Made by a program: the position numbers and the translations under genes. 64,000 nucleotides of DNA from Thermodesulfovibrionia bacterium. GTDB taxonomy: Bacteria > Nitrospirota > Thermodesulfovibrionia > UBA6902. Position 1 is the first letter of the stretch, and the number at the start of each line of letters is the position of its first letter. This document shows, in pieces, positions 28,624 to 36,930 of the stretch. Below the pieces are notes generated by a model. That model did no database searches, had not been told where the DNA came from, and saw nothing but the letters and a program-made list of their open reading frames with translations. The DNA lies in assembly GCA_947259645.1 (NCBI GenBank), contig CAMYND010000012.1, positions 20,793 to 84,792 on the forward strand. Reading direction: 5' to 3'.

Positions 28624-31518
28624 ATGAAAGGAACCTTTGCAATGGCAGCCATAAACAGAACAAAAGACGGGCATCTGCTTGGCCCGGATGAAGAAATTAA
28701 GTATACCACCTGCTACATGTGCGCATGCAGATGCGGTATTAAAGTTACCCTGAAGAACGGTAAAGTTCGCTATATTCAGGGTACTCCTGATCATCCTACA
28801 AACAAGGGAGTTATCTGCGCGAAGGGCTCGTCCGGCGTTATGAAACAGTTCAGCCCGGGACGCATAACAAAACCCCTATTACGGAGGGAAAACGCTGAAC
28901 GCGGTGAAGCTGACTTCGAGGAAATATCCTGGGACGAGGCCATGAACATCATGGTCGAACGCCTGAAAAAAATACGGGGCACTGATCCGAAAAAACTTGC
29001 ATTTTTCACCGGTCGTGACCAGATGCAGGCGCTCACTTCATACTGGGCGAAACAGTTCGGAACACCGAACTTTGCGGCCCATGGCGGATTCTGCTCAGTA
29101 AACATGGCAACAAGCATGATCTATTCGTTCGGAGGTACCTGCTGGGAATTTGGCGGAACTGATTTTGAGAGAAATAAATATATGATGCTCTTTGGTGTTG
29201 CCGAAGACCATGACTCAAATCCCCTCAAGCTCGGGATCTCAAAGCTCCGCGAGCGTGGCGGGAAACTGGTCGTGATAAACCCTGTGCGTTCAGGCTATGG
29301 CGCTGTCGCTGACGAATGGCTGCCGATCAGGCCGGGAACTGACGGGGCCTTTATACTCGCCATGATTCAGGTACTTCTGAAAAACGGCCTCTATGACAGG
29401 GAATTCCTGATTACTCACACAAACGCTCATCACCTGATCCAGACTGATGAGGGAGATGAGAATGAGGGGATGTTTCACCTCATTCCCGAATGGGAGATGG
29501 AGGAAACACAGCAGACGGTCTGGGACAACAAGACAAAATCGATTAAGGAAGCACACACCAAGGGTACAGACCCCGCTCTCGTCGGAGAGTTTATGGGCCC
29601 CGAGGGAAAGACATTAAAGACGGGGATGCAGCTTCTTATTGAACGGGTCATGAATGATTACACGCCTGAAAAAGCAGCTACCATATGCGGCATCCCTGCT
29701 GAGACAATTGAGAGGATTGCTCTGGAGATCGGCATTACAGCGAGGGATGAAACCATCTCGTTGCCCATTCCCTGGACTGATGTGTGGGGTAATGAGCACA
29801 AGACAACAACGGGCAATCCTGTTTCAGTCCATGCAATGCGCGGCATTGCCGCGCACTCAAACGGATTTCAGACCGGAAGGGCTCTCTCTCTCTTCATGAT
29901 GCTTTTAGGAATCATTGACAGGCCCGGCGGTTTCAGGTTTAAGCCTCCCTATCCCAAGCCGATACCACCCTGTCCGAAACCGATCAATCACGCAAGCAAA
30001 ATAAAACCTGACACACCGCTGCCTGCGCCCGAACTGGGATTTCCTTCAATGCCTGAACATCTCATGGTAGATGATAATGGAAAGCCTCTCCGAATTGACA
30101 AGGCATTCAGCTGGGAATTTCCGTTCACAGCTCACGGAATGATGCATAACGTCATTACGAATGCCTACAAGGGAGACCCTTACCATATTGATACCCTCAT
30201 CATTTTTATGGCCAACATGAGCTGGAATTCTACGATGAACACCAGCGGGGTCATTGAAATGCTGAAGGCACGGGACGAGCAGGGCAAGCACAAAATCCCT
30301 TTTCTTATTGTCAGTGACGCTTTCTTCAGTGAACAGGTTGCTTATGCCGACCTTGTTCTGCCGGATACGACATACCTAGAACGACATGACGTCATCTCAC
30401 TTCTGGACAGACCTATCTGTGAGTACGACAAGGTCGCTGACGCGATACGGCATCCGATTCTGGAGCCGAAGGGCGAATGCAGACCGTTTCAGCAGACATT
30501 GATTGACCTGGCAAACAGGCTCGGGCTTCAGGGGTTTACAAATGAAGCCGGCGATCCCCTGTATGAGACATATGAGGAGTTTGTAACCAACTGGCAGCCG
30601 AGCCCTGAAGCTGGCGTTGGTTTTCTCGCGGGATGGAGAGGAAAGGACGGAACAAGTCACCTTGTAGGTGAGCCCAACAGCAATCAGTGGGAATCCTACA
30701 AAAGAAATAAAAGCTTTTTTGAGATAGAGCTCGAAGACACCATCAAGTACAACCGCAACATTAATCAGGGTTACCTCAACTGGGCAATGGGACATAAATT
30801 TAAACGGGACAATGAACCGATCATCATGCACTTTTATTCTGAGCCTCTCCAGCGGTTTCGCCTTGCGGCAAAGGGTTTAAGGAAAGGGCGTAAGCCTGCC
30901 ACAGCATCACAGCGGGAGAGGATAATCAGGTATTTTGATCCCCTGCCGTTCTGGTACGAGCCCATTGAACACCAGAAGGTGAGTTCTGAGAAATATCCAT
31001 TCCATGCCATAACCCAGCGGCCAATGCCGATGTATCATTCCTGGGATAGTCAGAATGCGTGGCTCAGGCAGATCCTGGGTCAGAACTTCTTATATATAAA
31101 TCCTGTTGCGGCCGAGAAGATGAACATCAAGGATCTTGACTGGGTATGGGTTGAATCTCCTATCAGCAAAATCAGGGTTCAGGTAAAACTTTCCAATGCT
31201 GTTGAGGTCAACACTGTCTGGACATGGAACGGCATGGGCAAAATACCGGGTGCGTGGAACCTCGATGAAAACGTAGATGAAGCGAAAAAGGGTTTTCTCC
31301 TGAACCACCTGATCAGTGAAGAGATTGACCATGATGAAGGCCTCAGGATATCAAACAGTGATCCGATCAGTGGTCAGGCTGCATGGTTTGATTTGAGGGT
31401 CCGCATTTCAAAATCAAAAGAAAGCGGGCACTGGCCTGAATTCAAGGCGATTAAGCCCCTGGCTCACATGGACAAGCGACCGGATATATTGAGGTATGAA
31501 TTTATCAGGGATAAGTAA
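28624..31518 (+). CDS. soeA: Molybdopterin oxidoreductase catalytic subunit, SoeA-type sulfite dehydrogenase
   Basis: TTCYMCACRCG, FFTGRDQ, HGGFCSVNM, HAMRGIAAHSNGFQT, MYHSW, WTWN; no Tat RR signal, so cytoplasmic. Confidence 0.85.
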   Translation: MKGTFAMAAINRTKDGHLLGPDEEIKYTTCYMCACRCGIKVTLKNGKVRYIQGTPDHPTNKGVICAKGSSGVMKQFSPGRITKPLLRRENAERGEADFEEISWDEAMNIMVERLKKIRGTDPKKLAFFTGRDQMQALTSYWAKQFGTPNFAAHGGFCSVNMATSMIYSFGGTCWEFGGTDFERNKYMMLFGVAEDHDSNPLKLGISKLRERGGKLVVINPVRSGYGAVADEWLPIRPGTDGAFILAMIQVLLKNGLYDREFLITHTNAHHLIQTDEGDENEGMFHLIPEWEMEETQQTVWDNKTKSIKEAHTKGTDPALVGEFMGPEGKTLKTGMQLLIERVMNDYTPEKAATICGIPAETIERIALEIGITARDETISLPIPWTDVWGNEHKTTTGNPVSVHAMRGIAAHSNGFQTGRALSLFMMLLGIIDRPGGFRFKPPYPKPIPPCPKPINHASKIKPDTPLPAPELGFPSMPEHLMVDDNGKPLRIDKAFSWEFPFTAHGMMHNVITNAYKGDPYHIDTLIIFMANMSWNSTMNTSGVIEMLKARDEQGKHKIPFLIVSDAFFSEQVAYADLVLPDTTYLERHDVISLLDRPICEYDKVADAIRHPILEPKGECRPFQQTLIDLANRLGLQGFTNEAGDPLYETYEEFVTNWQPSPEAGVGFLAGWRGKDGTSHLVGEPNSNQWESYKRNKSFFEIELEDTIKYNRNINQGYLNWAMGHKFKRDNEPIIMHFYSEPLQRFRLAAKGLRKGRKPATASQRERIIRYFDPLPFWYEPIEHQKVSSEKYPFHAITQRPMPMYHSWDSQNAWLRQILGQNFLYINPVAAEKMNIKDLDWVWVESPISKIRVQVKLSNAVEVNTVWTWNGMGKIPGAWNLDENVDEAKKGFLLNHLISEEIDHDEGLRISNSDPISGQAAWFDLRVRISKSKESGHWPEFKAIKPLAHMDKRPDILRYEFIRDK

Positions 31519-31559
31519 AAGGTAATAAAAAATACTGTATTTAATGTGGAGGAATATAG

Positions 31560-32291
31560 ATGAATAAGCGAATGGCTCTGGTAATAGACCTGAATAAGTG
31601 CGTTGGCTGCCACGCCTGCGCAACGAATTGCAAGGCCTGGAATACAGGAGGAGATTACGGACCGTTGACAGACGTTGAACCATACGGAAAGAACCCTGAC
31701 GGTGTCTGGTTTAACCGCGTGCAGACCTATGAGGTTGGAAAGTACCCCAATACAGAAATCCTTTATCTGCCAAAATCCTGCATGCACTGCAAGGACGCGC
31801 CGTGTGTCAAGGTATGCCCTACGTCGGCAACATACAAGAGGGAATCGGATGGAATCGTACTGGTCAATTATGAAGAGTGTATCGGATGCAAGTACTGTTC
31901 CTGGGCCTGTCCCTATGGTTGCCGTGAATTTGATGATTATGACGGTGTTATGAAAAAGTGCACGCTCTGCGTTGACCGGATTTACAATGAAAACCTTCCG
32001 GAAGAAGAAAGACAGCCGGCATGTGTGCTTGCATGCCCTACACGGGCGCGGACCTTTGGCAATATCAATGACCCGGAAAGTGAAGCCGCCGTGAAGATCA
32101 AAGAAAGAAACGGGTATAAACTTATGCCTGAAGTAAGCACAAGTCCATCAAACCATTATCTTCCGAAGCAGAAGGTCAAGATACAGATTGATGAGGATGA
32201 AATACTGACCAGAAAGCATGTGATCGTCGAGACTGAAAAGAAAGTCTCCTCATACGCTGAAGTAACATCAGATGATATTGCTGTACCATAA
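31560..32291 (+). CDS. soeB: 4Fe-4S dicluster electron-transfer subunit
   Basis: CVGCHACATNC, CMHC..PC...CP, CIGCKYCSWACP, KCTLC...PACVLACP. Confidence 0.88.
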   Translation: MNKRMALVIDLNKCVGCHACATNCKAWNTGGDYGPLTDVEPYGKNPDGVWFNRVQTYEVGKYPNTEILYLPKSCMHCKDAPCVKVCPTSATYKRESDGIVLVNYEECIGCKYCSWACPYGCREFDDYDGVMKKCTLCVDRIYNENLPEEERQPACVLACPTRARTFGNINDPESEAAVKIKERNGYKLMPEVSTSPSNHYLPKQKVKIQIDEDEILTRKHVIVETEKKVSSYAEVTSDDIAVP

Positions 32292-32388
32292 AAAATAATG
32301 CAACGGCATATTTCATATGCCCGCGCACACGATAACTGTACGATTAGCGTTTAATAAATGAAAAAAATATAATCAGGAGGAACGAACT

Positions 32389-33408
32389 ATGCATCCGGAA
32401 ATATCTCTCGTATTATTGACAGTTCTGGCAGGGGCAGGCCAGGGGATATTCATTTTACTTGTGGCTCTGAATTCATTGTTTTATGGCACGGGGGCTGTAC
32501 CCTCAGAATATATTGTGGCAGCAGGCGCCATTTCTCTTCTGTTTCAGGTAGGTGGTATCATAACAAGCACAGCCCACCTCGGTAATCCCCACAGAGGCTG
32601 GCGGGCCATGTTAATGATAAAGAACTCCTGGTTGTCACGGGAGGTGGTTACGCTTTCATTGTCCGTTGGGATCACTGCTCTCTATCTTCTTTTATACTAT
32701 TCAGGGGCAACCGGTACTGTTCTTTTTGTGACAGGTATGGTCGGCATTGCGGCCAATCTCGGTTTTTATCTTTCCTGTTCAATGGTATACGCCTCGGTGA
32801 CGTTTATAAGGGAATGGTCAAATGCATTTACGCCATTAAACTTTACCCTCTTTGGTATAACCTCAGGTTTTGGAGTAAACCTGGCAATTGCGCACTATAC
32901 TCACGTCAACACTGACATCTTATTCGGAATAAATTCACTGACTCTTGCTCTTGCCCTGGTCGCGTTGATAATGAAACTATTGTCATACAGGTTTAACGCA
33001 ACGGCCTATGTTTCGGTAAATGTAAAAAACGCCATAGGTGTCAATGATCCAAACATTAAGTTAATGGATATGGGGGCTTCCTACGATCATTACAACACAA
33101 AAGAGTACTTTTATGAGAACGCTGAAAAGATCACCAGAAAGACGATGTTTCTTGTTCTGACGGTTGCCTTTCTTGTTCCTATTATCCTCTGGACCGTGGC
33201 CGCACTTAAGAGAGAAATGGCCTATATTCCTGAGTTGACCGTTATTGCGGCAATTGCCATGATAGCGGGACTTATAATTGAACGCCGCTTTTTCTTCATT
33301 CAGGGCAACAATGTTCAAAACCTTTATTACGCCAACTTCAGGAGCACTGGTGTGAGAAACCCTCTTGAGAGCAGAGCGCGTAAAGGTACTCCCGTCCCCA
33401 TGAACTGA
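32389..33408 (+). CDS. soeC: DmsC-like membrane anchor
   Basis: MHPEISL..T..GAGQG, HLGNPHR.WRA, SWLSRE, ER..FF; about 8 TM helices. Confidence 0.85.
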   Translation: MHPEISLVLLTVLAGAGQGIFILLVALNSLFYGTGAVPSEYIVAAGAISLLFQVGGIITSTAHLGNPHRGWRAMLMIKNSWLSREVVTLSLSVGITALYLLLYYSGATGTVLFVTGMVGIAANLGFYLSCSMVYASVTFIREWSNAFTPLNFTLFGITSGFGVNLAIAHYTHVNTDILFGINSLTLALALVALIMKLLSYRFNATAYVSVNVKNAIGVNDPNIKLMDMGASYDHYNTKEYFYENAEKITRKTMFLVLTVAFLVPIILWTVAALKREMAYIPELTVIAAIAMIAGLIIERRFFFIQGNNVQNLYYANFRSTGVRNPLESRARKGTPVPMN

Positions 33409-33438
33409 TAGAAATTCGAATAAGGGAAAGAAGCGGAT

Positions 33439-34572
33439 TTAACAGTCAACTATTTTGAGGCTGTTTTTCAGTGACGATGATATATCCCCTGTGTTGTTTG
33501 CCGTTGCAATAAATATGACGTTTGAGAGGTCATAGGGCAGCTCGATAAAATTGTCTACAAAATGACGGTTTTTATCGGAGTTAAAAACATCACGCATGAG
33601 TGTTCCGAAACTCCCGTCAACTTTATCAAGATCATTAATCATGATAACAGGGTTGGAAGTGCCGGATTGACATATGTTTTCGATGATGCGCCCCGGGAAC
33701 TGCCCTCCAGACAATCTGTTCTCACCCGTAATGTCTGTTTCTTTTTTGATATCATTAAAAGATATTTCTCTGAATTCCCTGCCCAGAGCAGTTGAAAGGG
33801 CTTTTCCGATCATTGCTTTTTTTTCAGATGATGACCCGCTCAGGCAAAGAATAGTGCGTCCTGCTGAACCTGATCGTTTACTGTCCAGTGCCTCAGAAAC
33901 GATTGCTCTTAATTCATTAATCTGAAGGGGCTTGACAAGATAATGGAAGGCGCCTTTTCGCATCGCTTCAACAGCTGTTTCTGTAGTAGCATAGCCGGTT
34001 ATTACTATTACGTCTGTCTCGGGGTACATTTTTTTTGTTTTCTCCAGAACATAGATGCCGTCAATATTTGCCATCCTTAAGTCAGTCAGAACAATATCAA
34101 ACCGGGAACTCTCCAGTTCAACTATCGCATCTTCACCGCTCGGGCTGGTCACTACTTCATACCCTTCTTTCCTTAACAGGCGAGCGATATTTTTCAGGGC
34201 AACTTCTTCATCGTCGACAACAAGGATTCTTGGACAGGGGGTTATTTTAGGGCTCTGGAGGGACAGATGTTTAACAATAGCAGTTCTCGCATCAGGGGCG
34301 ATATCAGGGAGATCATTCAGGCTGTTCTCTATTTTTGTCATATCCGAGAAATCCCCTGTTGTCCGGCTCCAGGGAAGTTTTATGAGGTAATCAATATAGC
34401 TGGCGGTTTTCCGATATTCAGGCGATTCCGAAGAAGACTGTGATAAAAAATCCAGTGCTTTTAGGGCCATCTGAAGAGCAGGAGGCGGAAGTTTAGCCGA
34501 TGTAACAGCATCATGCAGGCGATCATAGGGTGGAATCTGGTGACTGTTCTCTCTGTCGTTGATTTCAGTCAA
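33439..34572 (-). CDS. Response regulator: receiver domain inserted in a degenerate Lon-type AAA+ module, no protease domain
   Basis: Lon-like EY....YIDYLIKLPW; REC (ILVVDDE, VLTDLRM, TGY, LVKP); Lon-like ILCLSG, PGRII, NPVIMINDLDK, FVDNFIELPYDLSNVIFIATAN. Confidence 0.8.
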   Translation of the reverse strand: MTEINDRENSHQIPPYDRLHDAVTSAKLPPPALQMALKALDFLSQSSSESPEYRKTASYIDYLIKLPWSRTTGDFSDMTKIENSLNDLPDIAPDARTAIVKHLSLQSPKITPCPRILVVDDEEVALKNIARLLRKEGYEVVTSPSGEDAIVELESSRFDIVLTDLRMANIDGIYVLEKTKKMYPETDVIVITGYATTETAVEAMRKGAFHYLVKPLQINELRAIVSEALDSKRSGSAGRTILCLSGSSSEKKAMIGKALSTALGREFREISFNDIKKETDITGENRLSGGQFPGRIIENICQSGTSNPVIMINDLDKVDGSFGTLMRDVFNSDKNRHFVDNFIELPYDLSNVIFIATANNTGDISSSLKNSLKIVDC

Positions 34573-34771
34573 TGTTAACTCCGGTACTGTTGGATAGAAT
34601 AAACATGGGCCGTACTATTTCATAGCCTTGACCTGATGGTCTATATTCAGTATATCAGGATGGAGAGGACAAGTAAATTTAGAGAATTCATTATTATAAA
34701 AATTTATATGCTAATCAATATCTTCCTAATGGCAAGGTTTTTAGGGTACTCTTTAACCATACTTTCCTGTT

Positions 34772-36523
34772 ATGCAACTCAAAATCTGGCATAAGATGAT
34801 CATAGGGATCACCATTCCTTCCCTAATTGCTGTACTTGGGGGAATCCTGACCTATGGCTACATTAATGATATCAAGCACAGGCAGGAATATGTTCAAGTC
34901 GCAGATGACCTCAAGGAAAATGTTTTTGAGGTCAGACGGAATGAAAGAAATTTCCTCACATTTAAAAACAGTGATTATCACAAAAGAGTTCATAGATCAA
35001 TTGAGGAGCTCAGACAGGCGATAAACAGTATTTCTCCCCATACGTCTGAAGAGATCGGCGAGGGAGGTTTTACACTCCTGAATGATTCAATAGATGAATA
35101 TGCAAAACTCCTTGACGCCCTGGTTGTGAGTTATACAAAGGAGCAGGACGTGATCAGAAAAGTGAAGTCCGAGGGAGAAAAGCTTGAATCCATTGTGTCG
35201 AAGAAAAGAGGTGCAAAGGAGTTTACTCCGAGTTTTATCCTGAAGTTGCGGCTCCTTGAAAAGAATTATATGTTCTACCGTGACAGGAAATCATATAACG
35301 ATCTTGGCAACGGGTTATCTCAGATTAAGAACCTGACACCATTCTGCTTTGAATGCGATCCCTATGTGAATTCCATACAAGATCTCTTTGCAGTGTATGA
35401 GGTAAGCGACGACATTCTCGGCAATTTGCAGAACACGGGAAATGAACTGGAGGAAGTGTCCGGCAGGATCGCATTCAGGGAACGGCAAAAAATAGGTTCC
35501 TTTATTAATCGTTCACAAAGTCTGCTTCTGGCAGCCCTTGCTCTTCTGTTTGTGCTGGGACCGTTATTTGTGTATAAAACATCAGCTTTTGTTGTAGCGC
35601 CGATAAAGAGGCTCTCGGAAATAACCAGGAAAATAGCAGGGGGTGAGATATCATTAAGAGCTCCATTGAAAGAGCATGATGAAACCTACTCACTTTCCGC
35701 ATCCTTTAACACCATGCTTGACCATCTGCAGAGTACACAGCAGAACCTGAAAGAGAGTCTTGAGCTTCTCAACGAAAAACAGGCTCAGCTGGTAGAGTCG
35801 GAAAAACGCGCATCCCTTGGCCTGCTTGTTGCGGGTGTTGCCCATGAACTGAATAATCCACTGAATAATATTTCCCTTGCCGCAGAGGCCATGAAGGAAG
35901 AGATTCATGAGTCAACAGAAGAAGAAATGAGCGGATACATTTACGACATCCTGATGCAAAGCAAACGGGCCCATAACATTGTGGAAAGCCTCCTCGACTT
36001 TGCCAGGGCCAGGAAATCAACTGTCATGGAAAAGCAGGATATCATCAAGATAGTAAATGATTCACTGTACCTTGTATCAAACCAGCTAAGAATCAATAAT
36101 ATAAAGCTGGTCAAGGATCTACCTGAAAAACCCTTCTTTGTGAAGGGCAACCAGAGCAAGCTGGAACAGGTTCTCATCAGTATGTTTATCAACGCCATCC
36201 ATGCGATGAAAGATACAGGAACGCTGGGTATCAAGGTACAGCCTGATACTGATAACAGGCATGTGCTCATAGAAATAAGCGATACAGGCTACGGTATTGC
36301 TGAAAAAGATATGAAGAACATATTTGAACCCTTCTATACAACAAAACCGCCGGGTGAAGGCACCGGACTCGGGCTGTCTGTAAGCAATGCCCTTGTTATG
36401 GAGCATAAGGGGGAAATCGATATTGAAAGCAAACCAGGGGAGTGGACAAAATTCAGGATAAGACTTCCGCAGTATGAAGAGTCAGGAGATTTTGTTGCTG
36501 ATCAGGGTTCATTGCATGTCTGA
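34772..36523 (+). CDS. Sensor histidine kinase (periplasmic sensor-HAMP-HisKA-HATPase)
   Basis: Two TM helices, HAMP, AHELNNPL, NAIHAM, DTGYGI, FEPFYTTK..GEGTGLGL. Confidence 0.95.
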   Translation: MQLKIWHKMIIGITIPSLIAVLGGILTYGYINDIKHRQEYVQVADDLKENVFEVRRNERNFLTFKNSDYHKRVHRSIEELRQAINSISPHTSEEIGEGGFTLLNDSIDEYAKLLDALVVSYTKEQDVIRKVKSEGEKLESIVSKKRGAKEFTPSFILKLRLLEKNYMFYRDRKSYNDLGNGLSQIKNLTPFCFECDPYVNSIQDLFAVYEVSDDILGNLQNTGNELEEVSGRIAFRERQKIGSFINRSQSLLLAALALLFVLGPLFVYKTSAFVVAPIKRLSEITRKIAGGEISLRAPLKEHDETYSLSASFNTMLDHLQSTQQNLKESLELLNEKQAQLVESEKRASLGLLVAGVAHELNNPLNNISLAAEAMKEEIHESTEEEMSGYIYDILMQSKRAHNIVESLLDFARARKSTVMEKQDIIKIVNDSLYLVSNQLRINNIKLVKDLPEKPFFVKGNQSKLEQVLISMFINAIHAMKDTGTLGIKVQPDTDNRHVLIEISDTGYGIAEKDMKNIFEPFYTTKPPGEGTGLGLSVSNALVMEHKGEIDIESKPGEWTKFRIRLPQYEESGDFVADQGSLHV

Positions 36524-36607
36524 TCACCTGGAGGTAATGGTCGTTGATTTTGTCAGGCCCCTGGGTGCCTGGCCTTTTTAACGTAATTAACTGATATAAC
36601 TACAAAA

Positions 36608-36640
36608 AAACCCTCTGACAGACAGGGGGTTTATTTTATT
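36608..36640 (+). terminator. Probable intrinsic terminator
   Basis: AAACCCTCTG-ACAGA-CAGGGGGTTT hairpin flanked by A- and T-rich tracts. Confidence 0.55.
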
Positions 36641-36708
36641 GTATTGCATTTAAACCGGAATGGAGGAGGCCTGGCAGATAAGCCCAGGGTCTGCCCCTGT
36701 ACGTTGCC

Positions 36709-36737
36709 TTGACAAAGATATCAATTTTCTTTAACAT
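36709..36737 (+). promoter_or_regulatory. sigma70 promoter of tRNA-Val/thrS
   Basis: TTGACA-N17-TAACAT. Confidence 0.6.
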
Positions 36738-36760
36738 TTTCAATGTCATATATGATATTC

Positions 36761-36835
36761 AGGCGCGTAGCTCAGGGGGAGAGCGCTTCCCTGACACGGA
36801 AGAGGTCGGCGGTTCAATACCGCCCGCGCCTACCA
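36761..36835 (+). tRNA. tRNA-Val(GAC)
   Basis: Acceptor AGGCGCG/CGCGCCT, D-arm TAGCTCAG, anticodon loop CTGACAC, T-arm GGTTCAATACC, encoded CCA. Confidence 0.95.
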
Positions 36836-36840
36836 TAAGA

Positions 36841-36912
36841 AGCTATCAGCATAACATTGTCAGCTGACAGCAAAAAAAGAGCTGATCGCTGACGGCTGAA
36901 AGCTGACAGCTA
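36841..36912. repeat. Heptamer (GCTGANN)n inverted-repeat element
   Basis: AGCTATCAGC...TGTCAGC left arm; GCTGATC GCTGACG GCTGAAA GCTGACA GCTA right arm. Confidence 0.75.
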
Positions 36913-36930
36913 TAAAAAGTGAGGTAGAAA

